Source of the DNA: Eledone cirrhosa
Lineage: Eukaryota
Assembly: GCA_964016885.1 (NCBI GenBank)
Contig: OZ024744.1
Coordinates: 41,478,001 to 41,542,000 of the forward strand
Direction of reading: 5' to 3'
DNA length: 64,000 bases
Shown piece after piece: positions 26,878 to 41,133 of the stretch; position 1 is the first letter of the stretch, and each line of letters begins with the position of its first letter. The notes under the pieces are model-generated. The model did not search any database, was not told where the DNA came from, and saw only the letters and a list, made by a program, of their open reading frames with translations. The position numbers and the translations under genes are program-made.

Positions 26878-29800
26878 TATATATATATATATGCATATAT
26901 ATGCACATATGTAGATATATATATATACATATATGCACATATATAGATATATATACATATGTATATACATATACATATGTATATATATACACACATATAC
27001 ATTCCTGCATACATATACGCATTATGTAAATATAAATGCAATGTAATAACATGATGTTGAAGATGTAGATAAAAATATATTTGTAATAAAAAAAATGATG
27101 TGATTCTTCTTTGACATATTTATTTTGCTTTAGTGCTTATATTTGAGATGAAAAGCATATATTTTTCAAAATTGGAGCGTACATTTTATGTCGAAATATC
27201 TGATATTTATTAAAAAATGAGAAATTAACACTGAATACTATTCGCCATCCCCCTCCAAATAAATTTTGTTATGAGATAGTTATATTTGTTATAAAATCTA
27301 TTTGAAAATTCCATGGAGACGTAAAAGCAAAAATATTAATTTCTAACATGACGGTTTCAATAAAATTCTCATGGAATACTTTTTTCTTTTCACCATTATT
27401 ATTGAAAAGACAATGAAGCTGTGCATTAAAATGTTTTTAAAAAAAAAACATAATAGATTAACCTTTTTATTGAAAGACACTGCCTATGATTTTCAAATAA
27501 TTTTGAAAATAATTAAGAATTTAGAGGAATTTAGTAATGAGTATATAGCATAATAAAGCTTCTTTCATACAATTATAATGGAAGCATTTTAGATAAATAT
27601 AAGCATCATTAAAAAATAGTTTTCTTTCATAAGGCCAGTGAGTTTCTGGTAGTTTATTATTAAAAGGGTTAAAGTGTAGGGCAATTGTTCTTTTTTTATG
27701 ATCTTTGGGGGATGCAGATAACATAAATATCTTTACATGATCCATAGTTCAATGGCATTTTTATTTACAATAATAATAATAATAATAATAATATCAACAA
27801 CAAAAATAATAAAAAAGAAAAGGAAACAAAAGAAAAATAATAGAAAATATAGAGAAAAAAGGAGTAAAAGAAAGAAAAAAGAATGGGAAGGGGAGGGGGT
27901 GGAAAGAACGCTGGTGTCCAGAAGAGAGGAGGGGGTGAAGGGGAGGGTGATTGGGCTTTGGGCCTAGGGTAAGGGGGTAGAAGGGCTGTGCCCCGCGGAC
28001 AAGACCGCAAAAGATAGCAGTAAAATTTATCATTATTATACACTGATTTATTCAGATTACTGTCCTTGTCTTGGTTGTATTTGTAACAATGTTTCAGCTG
28101 TTATACCCTTCTTCAGGTGCCTGTGGTATTTACTAATATTGTTAACCACTTTTTATTTTTATTTCTATTGCTACTGCTGCTATTCTTATTACTATATAAT
28201 GAACCTGATTGAGCAGACCTATGACGAAAAGTGTTCCAGTCATGACCATCCTAACTTTTGAATATTAAGGACAATATTGTCCTTCTTTATCTAATGTGAA
28301 AATGCATGTCTTGGTGGCTAGGGTGTTCAGCTCACAACTATAAGGTTGTGAGTTCAATCCCTAGCAGTATGTTGTCTCCTTGAGCAAAACACTTTAATTC
28401 CCATTGCCCCAGTTCACTCAATTGAAAAAAAAGGAGTTTTATCTGTAATTCAAAGGGCCAGTCTGGTTACACAGTTGCCAAACTGAATTTCCATGAAAAT
28501 TACCTTCTGGAATACTCAGCCATTATCAGTAGGTTGTTCATCCAATTGATCAAACAACTTGAAAACTGATCATTGGAAGTAATTGGGGTCCAATACAACA
28601 CACAACACTGTTTCTAGCCTGATAGGTTGCAATTTGAAGGAAATGTAGCTGCTATTTCAAAGAGATACACTGACATTTCTAAAACAGGGCTAGAGATCAT
28701 TTTGGTATCATTGTTGAATTTCAAATGCAATAAGAATACCTGTGCTCCATAATAATGCAACTTATATTAAATTATTATTTAGTTTAGTTGTATTTTGTCT
28801 TATTTTTTTATATTGGATTTTAGTAATTTTCTAAGAGGAGGGTTTCTGAGTTGCACATAGGTGAAATTTATCCATGGGTAACAGGTTCTTTATATCTTAT
28901 CTTGGGCGGTTGACTAAACCCATCACCTAATGTAACACAACCATTTGGCTCTTTTAGCAGGGTCCACTCTGTTGCAATCATTCAGACCAGGCCTCTTATA
29001 CAAGGATATCTTTTTTTCTCCCCTTCCATTAGTTTCAGAAGCCCTTAAATGGGCCATAGCCACCATCCTTCCCTCTCTGACAAAATAAAAAGAAAAAATC
29101 AAGAGAATTCTTCATTGGTTTAAGCTTCATCTTTTTTTTTTATCAACAGGTGTCATGTAAAAGCTACTGGGATTGAACCCACAGCCCCCTGTTCCAAATT
29201 CCAGCAGTAAATATCGGACATGTAGCACAATATATGAATTAATTTAAGTGATATTTAGACTAATTTTCAGTAATAACATTCATAATAGGTAAAACTCAAT
29301 ACTAAGTTTACTGGTTGGGGTCTCAGTTTGTATGGATGTAGACATGGCCAAATAGTTGGGAAGTCTCCTTCACAATCATGAGACTCCAGGCTCAATTCTA
29401 TTGTGTGGCATGATGGGCAAGTGCCTTTAACATAGCCTTGGGTCAACCCAAGCCTTGAAAACAAAATTAGGTAGATGGAAGCTATGTAAAATTTATCAGA
29501 TAGATTGGACCTGTAATTTGCTTGAGGTGCTGTGGAATATAAAAATGAAAAGCGGGTATGTTTAGGAAGCCGTTACAATGCTGGTGGGTTTGAAATACCA
29601 AGGCAACAATTGAGAGAGCTGAGATAGAATGCAAAGAGTAGAAGCAGGAGGAAAATAAAAGGATAAGAAAAACATATTGTTATCTTAGTAATTAATTAGT
29701 CCCAGTATTTGGGGTTTACCATCCATTATCAACGGGGAACCAGAGTGGGGAAAAAACTCAAAGATATCAAAGATTGTCTTTCCTGGTTGTTGTTTATAAA

Positions 29801-30221
29801 TATATATATATATAGGTGTTGAAGTTTCTGTGGAAAAGTAAAAGAAATGAAGAGTGCTCTATCTAAGTAACAGCTAAATATTTAATGTATAATAAACAAC
29901 ACAGTATAATTACCTCATTACCTGAGGTTACAACCAATGCGGACGTCTCTTGTGTTCGTCCTGTTCAGGAAACCTCAGGTAAATATATATATAAATAGAT
30001 ATTATTTTATATATAAATGACTTCTACAGGACTGGAAATGTTTCATTCACATAAAATCATCATTCCTGATGATTTTATACGAATGAAAAAGTCATTTTTA
30101 TATAAAATAAAAGAAATGCCTATACTCTACCAATGTATTGAGTAAATTTGTTAACTGTGGTTACCCCACCCCTACCCCTGACACAACTCAGGAATCTACC
30201 TATAGTATATATATATATATA

Positions 30222-30600
30222 TCATCATTTTACGTCCGCTTTTCCCTGCTTGCAAGGGTGGGACGGGAACTGATTCTGGCTTGATTTCTACAGCTGGATG
30301 CCCTTCCTAACACCAACCTCAGTTACAGTGAGTGCTGGGTGCTTTTTTTCCGTGGCGCCTACATGTCCACTTTCCAGTGTGGACTGGGTGCTTTTTTGCC
30401 GTGGCACCTCCACGACCACTTTGCAGTGGAATTATAGGGACACCAGTCTTATCATCTCATTTCTACAGCTGAGTAAACAGCAGCAATGTGAAATAAAGTG
30501 TCTTGTTCAAGGAAACAACACATCACCCGGTCTGAGAATTGAACTCACAACCTTTCGATTGCAAGGCCAATGCTGTAACCACTAAGCCATGTGCTTCCAC
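30222..30600 (-). mobile_element. SINE family B copy with an internal 43-bp duplication
   Basis: Matches the other family B copies; carries two AAAAAAGCACCCAG units. Confidence 0.85.
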
Positions 30601-30706
<106 letters not shown>

Positions 30707-30994
30707 CAAATAACGAAACGAAATTAAATTTCGTTTCGTTTGTAACTCACTTTTGTATGACTGACGCTTAAACAATTAAGTTAAAAATGTACATCTACAT
30801 ATGCATACTGAAATACTAGTATGCATATGAATACACACACGTATACATATGTAGATGTACCAAGTCTTTCACTGGTTACTTTACTGTGAGTATCCAGCTA
30901 TTCTGTATGTAAGCACACAGACAAACCGGTTTTTAGAGTCATACTGGTTTTTGAGGAAACACCTTTCCTCTATTCTTCAGAAAGCCAGACAAGG

Positions 30995-31039
30995 AATATT
31001 GAACTAGTTTCGTTGTTGTTACAACTCATCAGCAATATT
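30995..31039 (-). ncRNA. Minimal type I hammerhead ribozyme, copy 1
   Basis: AATATTG-CTGATGA-GTTGT(AACA)ACAAC-GAAA-CTAG-TT-CAATATT: 7-bp stem I, 5-bp stem II, palindromic stem III ACTAGT. Confidence 0.9.
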
Positions 31040-31460
31040 TACCTATCTACCGGCCTTTCTGGAGAATCGTAAAAGCACATATCGTTATATGCTTTTTCTA
31101 TGAAGATTAGTAGTGGGCAGACTAATTTGCATAGAGTGTGAGTACGTACTGGTTCAACGGAGACGATAAAAACAAATAACGAAACGAAATTAAATTTCGT
31201 TTCGTTTGTAACTCACTTTTGTATGACTGACGCTTAAACAATTAAGTTAAAAATGTACATCTACATATGCATACTGAAATACTAGTATGCATATGAATAC
31301 ACACACGTATACATATGTAGGTGTACCAAGTCTTTCACTGGTTACTTTACTGTGAGTATCCAGCTATTCTGTATGTAAACACACAGACAAACCGGTTTTT
31401 AGAGTCATACTGGTTTTTGAGGAAACACCTTTCCTCTATTCTCCAGAAAGCCAGACAAGG

Positions 31461-31505
31461 AATATTGAACTAGTTTCGTTGTTGTTACAACTCATCAGCA
31501 ATATT
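31461..31505 (-). ncRNA. Minimal type I hammerhead ribozyme, copy 2
   Basis: Identical to copy 1, offset by 466 bp. Confidence 0.9.
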
Positions 31506-31746
31506 TACCTATCTACCGGCCTTTCTGGAGAATCGTAAAAGCACATATCGTTATATGCTTTTTCTATGAAAATTAGTAGTGGGCAGACTAATTTAATTTC
31601 GTTTCGTTATTTGTTTTTATCGTCTCCGTTGAACCGGTACGTACTCACACTCTATGCAAATTAGTCTGCCCACTACTAATTTTCATAGAAAAAGCATATA
31701 ACGATATGTGCTTTTACGATTCTCCAGAAAGGCCGGTAGATAGGTA

Positions 31747-31791
31747 AATATTGCTGATGAGTTGTAACAACAACGAAACTAGTTCAATATT
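31747..31791 (+). ncRNA. Minimal type I hammerhead ribozyme, copy 3
   Basis: aatattgCTGATGAgttgtaacaacaacGAAActagttcaatatt read directly on the + strand. Confidence 0.9.
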
Positions 31792-32219
31792 CCTTGTCTG
31801 GCTTTCTGGAGAATAGAGGAGAGGTGTTTCCTCAAAAACCAGTATGACTCTAAAAACCAAAAACCGGTTTGTCTGTGTGTTTACATACAGAATAGCTGGA
31901 TACTCACAGTAAAGTAACCAGTGAAAGACTTGGTACATCTACATATGTATACGTGTGTGTATTCATATGCATACTAGTATTTCAGTATGCATATGTAGAT
32001 GTACATTTTTAACTTAATTGTTTAAGCGTCAGTCATACAAAAGTGAGTTACAAACGAAACGAAATTTAATTTCGTTTCGTTATTTGTTTTTATCGTCTCC
32101 GTTGAACCGGTACGTACTCACACTCTATGCAAATTAGTCTGCCCACTACTAATTTTCATAGAAAAAGCATATAACGATATGTGCATTTACGATTCTCCAG
32201 AAAGGCCGGTAGATAGGTA

Positions 32220-32264
32220 AATATTGCTGATGAGTTGTAACAACAACGAAACTAGTTCAATATT
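32220..32264 (+). ncRNA. Minimal type I hammerhead ribozyme, copy 4
   Basis: Identical to copy 3, offset by 473 bp (the unit carries a 7-bp duplication). Confidence 0.9.
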
Positions 32265-32479
32265 CCTTGTCTGGCTTTCTGGAGAATAGAGGAAAGGTGT
32301 TTCCTCAAAAACCAGTATGACTCTAAAAACCGGTTTGTCTGTGTGTTTACATACAGAATAGCTGGATACTCACAGTAAAGTAACCAGTGAAAGACTTGGT
32401 ACATCTACATATGTATACGTGTGTGTATTCATATGCATACTAGTATTTCAGTATGCATATGTAGATGTACATTTTTAAC

Positions 32480-32565
<86 letters not shown>

Positions 32566-32970
32566 GAGTAGAACCCCACTCGTTCCTATTACCCACTCTA
32601 CTACCCTTAGTATTGAGTACTTTGATGCGTTATGGTCCACCTGGTTCCTTACCACATTTCCTCCGTTATATATATATATATATATAAATATATAAATATT
32701 TATATAAATATATATTGTTATACTTGGGGAGGGTCATATTTGTGTAATATTGCCAGAATTAATAACAGAACACACTCACTGTTTGGTTGGTTTTCGCTTC
32801 TCGCTTCTGTGTCTTTTATATCGGTAATCTAATTTATTCGGTCGTCAATGTTGCCATTGACTGACCAACGGTCAAAAATAATACAGATACAATATAGACA
32901 CAAAGTATAACAATATTTGTTTCCACACACGATTTCATATCAAAAACCTCGCAAAACTAATTCATCGCCG

Positions 32971-33023
<53 letters not shown>

Positions 33024-33165
33024 ATATATATATTATATATATATTATATATATATATATCAGCAGAAGGGATATTCAATTTGTTGGTAATTCAACAAATA
33101 TATATGTTTATAACTGATTCAGAGCACTCGACAGATTTTCTGGAGTATAATATTTAATGATATTA

Positions 33166-33454
33166 AATAATGGGGGAGAAGTTACATCTCTTAATCATTT
33201 TTATCTCCCCACAAACCGACACCTCGAAATATCAACAATATAAACTCTACTTTCAAAGACGACATGTTACAATTAACATGCTGAGTTTACAAATATTCGA
33301 TATGATTTGGGTTTTATTCTTTGGACTAATCTCATGGTAAGCCAACTTCCAGGTCATTGATCATCACACTTTTGTGTAACTTATCACCGATTCCTGCAGT
33401 TGACCTTAATGTGACCTAAGCATGTGCACGTGTTCAGAATCCATATCAGCGGAT

Positions 33455-33498
<44 letters not shown>

Positions 33499-34155
33499 GA
33501 CATTATATACAACCAAAATTAGATTGTTTTCTGCTTTGTTTGAAATTTCTTTATGTATATTTCTAATAAGTTGTTGCCTCGTTTTGGAGGACTGAGTTGT
33601 GGGAGGAGGAAGGGGCACAGTGCAAGGGAGGGTTTAACATACAGTAGTAGTATTTGCTCTTCCTCCTCTCTCACTGAAATGTCTTCTCTTTCCTCCTCCA
33701 TTGTAAAGATGTCCCCACAGGTACCATTATTTTTGAAATCCAATTAGCTAGTCCTGTTTCTGAATATTAGCTTAGCATGTGTGAGATGCTGTGCTGAATA
33801 AGACCCGTCCGACCCTTGCAAGTAGGGAAAAGCGGACGTAAAATGATGATGATGATATCACATGCACTGATATGGATTCTGAACACGTGCTCACGCTTAG
33901 GTCACATTAAGGGCAACTGCAGGAATCGATGATAAGTTACACAAAAGTGTGATGATCAATGACCTGGAAGTTGGCTTACCATGAGATTAGTCCGAAGAAT
34001 AAAACCCAAATCATATGTTGACGAATATTTGTAAACCCAACATGTTAATTGTAACATGTCGTCTTTGAAAGTAGAGTTTATATTGTTGATATTTCGAGGT
34101 GTCGGATCGTGGGAAGATTAACATGATTAAGAGATGTAACTTCTCCCCCATTATT
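33166..34155. repeat. ~295-bp inverted repeat pair (33166-33460 / 33856-34155) enclosing (TA)n, unique DNA and an RTE 3' tip
   Basis: AATAATGGGGGAGAAGTTACATCTC...GATGTGATA versus its reverse complement; RTE tail at 33778-33856. Confidence 0.85.
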
Positions 34156-34739
34156 GACACTTTGCAACAGTGAACGTTACAAAGCCCTTCTTTAGGGCCA
34201 ACACTTCTGATTGTTTATCCAACTTATTATGGTGTGTTTTCTCGGGTTATGTCTACTGTACGAGGAAAACGGGGTGTTTTTATTCAATTGCTTCAGTCAT
34301 TGCAAGGGCTTTACAAATGATGATATACAGTACCTGAATATGTTCAGATGATATACAGTACTTGAACAGTACCTGAATATGTTCACTCGGTTATAATTTC
34401 TTCAATAATTGCGATGACTTCCTCAATTGTTCTGTGTTTGTTCTTGAGCGCTAAGGCAATAAGTTTTCTATTTTAATACATAAGTTTGTTGAATAAGTTC
34501 GATACTCTTTGAGCTCAAACTTCCCCGGCTTATTCACTCTGAATGAAGAAAGCTGGATGGAACAGCTATTCATAGTTACAGACAAAAAATTAATTTGCCA
34601 TAAACACATCTAGCAAAGGTAGCTATTAAAAATCCAGTTGCTAACATTTTCAGGTGCACTCTGGGAACTGCGAATAACCCCCACCTTTCTTGAGTATTAC
34701 CGGGTACTGCAGCTAGTATATATATATATATACATATAC

Positions 34740-35960
34740 ATCATCATCATCATCATCATTTTACGTCCACTTTTCCCTGCTTACAAGGGTGGGATGGGTC
34801 TTATTAAGCATGGCATCTCTCCATTTGTCATGGTCCTTCGTCATCTCCTCTGTGAGCTTCAGCGATCTGAGGTCTGTTCTCACCACCTCTGCCCATGTTT
34901 TTCGTAATCTTCCTCGACAGTGTCTTCCTTCTACTGGGATTTCTTGGAACTTTTTTACCCAGCGGTCATCATCCATGCACATTATTCTCTCCCACACATT
35001 ACAGCTTATCCTTCTTATACACAGTTTCTCTCTCAAATCGTCCATGCTTGGTCGTTCACGCACATTGACATTGCACATTCAACGGAGCATGCTTGCTTTA
35101 TTTCTCTCCAGCTGTCACATAATACACAATTGCTGCCCATGTCTCACTACCATGCAGCATCGCACATCTCCCACAGGTATCATATAACCGGCCATTTGTT
35201 CGCAAGGTGAAACCTTCTTTGTCAACAGAGGAAGCAGCTCCCCTAAACTTCTTCCAACCCCTCCTTATTCTGGATACTATGGCCTCAGAGCACCGTCTTC
35301 CTTCACTAATCTGATCACCTAGACAACGGAAGCTATCAACCCCCTCTATAGGTCCTACCCGCATTTGAAAAATGTGTATCACTGCAACTTATACTGCCAT
35401 CTACTGCATACATATTTCTCCCTACCTGTTAGTTTGCCTGCTATCCCACTACATCTCTTGTGTACCCAGGATCTGTATTGTGTAGAATCTATAGAATCCT
35501 TTTCTGCATATCAAACATGGCCATTTCTCTGACGAAATCAGAGTTTTGTCCTCTTTTCTACATATCAACACTTTAGTCTTAGTTAGGTTCACTCTGTCCT
35601 CTTGATTCCAACTGCTGTTTCCATAACCAGAATTTATTCTCTAGCTCCTCTGCTGGTTCTGCTATAAGTACCAGATCGTCAGCATAGAGAAGTTCTCTTG
35701 TGAATCCAGTCTTAAACTCCTCTGTTATGGCTTGGAGGACAATAATGAACAAGAGCAAGCTGAGGATCGAACCCTGATGTACACCTACTTGTATCTGGAA
35801 TACCTCACTAAACTCCATTCCTACTCTCACTTTACTGACAGCACCCCTGTACATAGCTTGCACTTCCTCACAAGCCATTCCTCCTCACCTAGTTTTCTTA
35901 GGGACCACCAGATGACAGATCGGGGTTCTCTATTAAAGACCATCTCAACAAAAGCTAAAA
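34740..35960 (-). mobile_element. RTE LINE 3' 1.2 kb, decayed (same family as 57446-60514)
   Basis: QVGVHQGSILS, ELLYADDL, MLHGSETWA, KTWAEVVRTDLRSLKL; (GAT)n tail at ~34740-34758. Confidence 0.93.
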
Positions 35961-36078
35961 GTATAGTTGCTTATTCTTCTCTAAGAACCTCTCTTGTAGT
36001 TATCTCACAAAGAAGAGGACAACTGTTGTACTTTTCCCAAGCACAAAATCAAACTGCATTTCATTTCATACATACATA

Positions 36079-36850
<772 letters not shown>

Positions 36851-37879
36851 TATTATAACTCCAGTTGACACCTTTTTGATAATACTTTAAGGGACACAAG
36901 TTACTGAGTGCTTTACGTCTGTTTACAACTACAATTCTAGTATAAAATCACGATGAAAGATTCATAATGTGAAACTGTGTGATGAAACAGTTACCGTTAT
37001 ACTTTGGGAGGGTGAAGCCCCCAATAAAAACACATAGTTATAAGTACTAGGGTTGATAAGATTGACTAAAATCTTTTCAAGGTGGTGCCCCGGCATGACC
37101 ACAGTATAATGACTGAAACTAGTAAAATGAATATTACTTTCCTGCACCTAATAAATTAATCACTAAATATTTCTATTGTGTAGCAGCCATTGTAGAAATA
37201 TCCAAAGTTACTTTCGTTAATCGTTTTCGAAATTATGTTATCTCTGGTTTCCTCATATTAAGTGAGATGAATCTAACTCATAAATAAATAGTCTGGGGAA
37301 TTTGAATTGATTGCCATTCTATGAATAAAATTGAATTCAATTGTTGTTTGTGATTAACTAGTTTAACCCTTTCATTGCTGTATTTCTGATGAAAAACACT
37401 GTCTATAGTCTTCAAATCATTTTGAAAATAATCAAACATTTTGAGAGACTTAATAATAGTGCTAACTTTCTCATTACTATGCTTAACTTTGCAACATAAC
37501 TTTAACAAATGTTCTAGCATAAAATCATGATGGAAGATTCATAATGTGATATTGTGTGTTGAAACAGATACCATTATACTTTGGAAGGGTCATGCTACAA
37601 ATAATAACGCATGCACCAGTTGAGTCACACTTGAGTTTATGATTAATTAACTAACTAATACATTCGTTGGTTTGTTTAATAAAATGGAGTAAATTGAACA
37701 AGATCATAGAGAAGCAAGAATAGGCATTGAAAAGGTGACAGGTTATGCTACAAAAAAGTTTTGAAAATTAAAAGTAAATATGATAAACAATCAATCAGAG
37801 ACTAAACTAACCAATGAATAGATTAATTGCATTTCATGGCACTTCTTCACCCAGCAATCATTGTCCATGCACATCTCAT

Positions 37880-38475
37880 GTCAACACAGTCTTCTCTCTT
37901 GCACATCACCTTGGATTCCTCTTAAACCCAGCTTCTCACTCAACTGCATGTTCTCTGCAGTCACAGCCTATGTTTCACTACCATGCTGCACCACACTGCG
38001 CACACAGGCGTCATACAGTCGTCCTTTTGTATGTAGGGAGAAACCTTTTGTGGTTAACAATTGGTGTAACTCTCTAAACTGTTTCCATCCTATCCTTATT
38101 TTAGCTATTATGCTCTCAGAGCATCCTCCTCTATAACTAATTATGTTAACTTGATAGCAGAATCTATCAACCAATTCTATGGGTCCTGTCCTTCCTGTGA
38201 CCAGAATAGGCTTACATTACTGGTTATCTTCTCCTCGGTTACCCCTATGCATCTTCTACAAACAAAGTCTTCCCTTCCTCTTAGCCTACTCGTTATCCTA
38301 CTACATCTCATGTGTACCCAAGATTTACATTGTGTACATTATATGGAGTTTATGTCTACACCCTGAAGGAATCAGGTCCTATCTTCTCTCCTACTCACTA
38401 GCACTTTAGTTTTGCCAAATTTATGCTCAGGCTTTTGATTCTAAATGAATTCTTTTTCCGTAATTGGAACTAATT
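37880..38475 (-). mobile_element. RTE LINE internal fragment
   Basis: GGCSESIIAKIRIGWKQFREL..KGRLYDACVRSVVQHGSET. Confidence 0.85.
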
Positions 38476-38593
38476 TTCTAAATCTTTAATATATATATAT
38501 TAAAATTAGAATTGGTGCTCTGAAATAGCGATATATACTAGAATTCTATAAGAATCAAACATTCATGATTTTCAGCAGACAGGAGGAGTAGTT

Positions 38594-38638
38594 AGCTTTG
38601 ATAAGCACCAAAAAGTGTGAAACAGAGCTCTGTCAGCT
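38594..38638 (+). ncRNA. Type I hammerhead ribozyme, U3-A8 core variant
   Basis: AGCT-TTGATAA-GCAC(caaaaa)GTGT-GAAA-CAGAGCTCTG-TC-AGCT. Palindromic stem III, GUC triplet. Flanks extend stem I (TTCAGCAGACAGG.../...CCTGTTTGCTGAA). Confidence 0.75.
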
Positions 38639-38842
38639 TTATCTCCCCTGTTTGCTGAAAACTAAAGTAAGTGAGACTGTCACTACTCTAAAACAATAGC
38701 GTAAGGTCTTTGAAATGCTTTTAATTAAGCATACAGTGTATTGCAAAATACACTATATATACATCATCATCATCATCATCATTTCATTTTACGTCCGCTT
38801 TTTCCCTGCTTGCAAGGGTGGGACAGGAACTGATTATATACA

Positions 38843-38929
<87 letters not shown>

Positions 38930-39317
38930 CGTCATCATCAACGTCTATTTTCCACGCTAGCATGGGTTAAGACATGTTGTCCCATTAGAGACAAGTTGGG
39001 TCAGGTGACCATGTCTTGCTCATATAGGACTGTTTCTGATTAGATTTCTATGGCTGGATGACCTTCCTAACGCCAACCCCATTTACAGTGTGGGATCGGT
39101 GTTTTTAGTCATGACACTTACATGACCACTATATATATATATATTTATATATATATATATATATATTTTGCCAAATATACTATGCATATATATATATATA
39201 TATATCAGATAGGGTGTGGTAGGTAAAAACCAGCTAGACCAGTGAAGCTGTCGATACAGCTGGAGCTCATCCATCGGGGTTCTGAATCTTTTCATATATA
39301 TATATAATATATATATA

Positions 39318-40290
39318 CTAGCAGTGGAGCCCAGTGTTGCATGGGATTGGAAAAATTAAACTTCAAAAGTGTAGTAACACTTATAAATAAAAAATCAAAT
39401 ATAATTGTGAGTTGCGCACATGGAGCAGACACATAGGTTGTAGTTTGTGCCCTACTTCTTTGGTGAAAAGAATAAACCAGTAACACCCTGTGTTATTGTT
39501 GTTAACAGTTGGTGAGAACTTTTTCAATAGATCCGTTCATACTCTTTTTCACCAATTAAGCTTTTTCTGGTACAACCGATGTCTTATGAAATGCGCCCTT
39601 TATACTAAACATCTGTGTCTCACGTGCTATGCCAGTGGGGAAAAATCAATAAACCCACATGGACCAAGCAGTAAACCATGCAATTGAGGTAGCCGTTTGA
39701 GTTTATTTTCCGCTGCTAGGGGCTACAGCAGGCAGAACAACTAACATTTTATGAGTAAAAAATATTAAATGGAACACAATGCATAATTGGTGCAAATTTG
39801 AATAAAATCGGCCGCAAACTGTAGAAGTTACTGACGTCGATACTTTTTTAAATTTAGTTTTTCTCTCACAGGACCCGAATTAGATAAGAACTAAAAAAAT
39901 TGGTTAGTCCAAAATAATGTTTGGTACATGAGACATAGTTCTAAATTTGAAGGAAATCGGTTGCAAACTGCAGGCATTATAACGATGCAGATTTTTTCGG
40001 TTTGTTTTTTCTAGTCCAGGGGATGCACTAAACAAAATGTTATGAGTCCAAAATAAAGTTGGGAACATAATGTATGTTTGTTCCAAATTTGAAGGAAATC
40101 GGATGTAAACTGTAGAAGTTATTGACAAAAGTGATTTTTTAAAAGTTTCATTTCCTCTTATTTGTACAAAGCTCAGGGGCATAAAGCATGTTTGTGCCAA
40201 ATTTGAAGAAAATCGGTTGCAAGTTGTAGAAGTTATGTGGAACAGACACACACACACACACACACACAGTCTATTTTATATATATATATA
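39318..40290 (-). mobile_element. Non-autonomous Helitron-like element with internal degenerate tandem repeats
   Basis: CTAG terminus plus GCCCAGTGTTGCATGGG, similar to 14368. Four AAATTTGAAGGAAATCGG..AAACTGTAGAAG units; (CA)n near the other end. Confidence 0.6.
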
Positions 40291-40360
40291 TTATCATCAT
40301 CATCATCATCATCATCGTTTAACGTCCATCTTCCACGCTTGCATGGGTTATATATATATA

Positions 40361-40670
40361 TTGGCCTTGCAATCGAAAGGTTGTGAGTTCAATTCTCAGA
40401 CCGGGTGATGTGTTGTTTCCTTGAGCAAGATACTTTATTTCACATTGCTCCAGTTTACTCAGCTGTAGAAATGAGATGATAGGGACTGGGATCCCTATCA
40501 TTCCACTGCAAAGTGGTCGTGGAGGTGCCACGGCAAAAAAGCACCCAGCACTCACTGTAAATGAGGTTGGTGTTAGGAAGGGCATCCAGCTGTAGAAATC
40601 AAGCCAGAATCAGTTCCCGTCCCACCCTTGCAAGCAGGGAAAAGCGGACGTAAAATGATGATGATGATGA
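40361..40670 (+). mobile_element. SINE family B copy (young; 3' ~50 nt identical to the RTE LINE end)
   Basis: CCCGTCCCACCCTTGCAAGCAGGGAAAAGCGGACGTAAAATGATGATG is identical to 60477-60524. Confidence 0.9.
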
Positions 40671-40732
40671 TATATAAACGGAAAAAATGAAACGAAATTT
40701 TATTTCTCACTCTTAGTACGGCTGTTACTTAA

Positions 40733-41057
40733 ATATAAGTATGTATACGTACATACATATGCATACAGACGTACAGTAGTATGTATATATATATACATAC
40801 ATGCACACATATATATATGTACGTATGGATTCACCAAACATTTATTATAATGCTCGGTGTTCCTTTGTCGGTGTTGAACAAATGAGCAACGATGGTTGCT
40901 AGACACTACGGCTTAATTCGGGATGTTTGTTTACAAACACACCGAACATTATAATAAATGTTCGGTGAATCCATACGTACATATATATATGTGTGCATGT
41001 ATGTATATATACATACTACTGTACGTCTGTATACATATATGTATGTACGTATACATA

Positions 41058-41063
<6 letters not shown>
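40733..41063. repeat. Foldback element (~125-bp inverted arms) ending in (TA)n
   Basis: 40733-40860 is the reverse complement of 40938-41063; the left arm has ~55 extra nt (40676-40732). Confidence 0.85.

Positions 41064-41133
<70 letters not shown>

Noticed and set aside
28085-28116. Minus-strand CTGAAGA...GAAACATTGTT hammerhead-like motif
   Set aside because: Stems I and II do not pair; counted only as a decayed relic.
29918-29982. Hairpin TACCTGAGGTT...AACCTCAGGTA as a ribozyme or pre-miRNA
   Set aside because: No hammerhead core and only a short stem with a large loop; more likely a tiny foldback relic.
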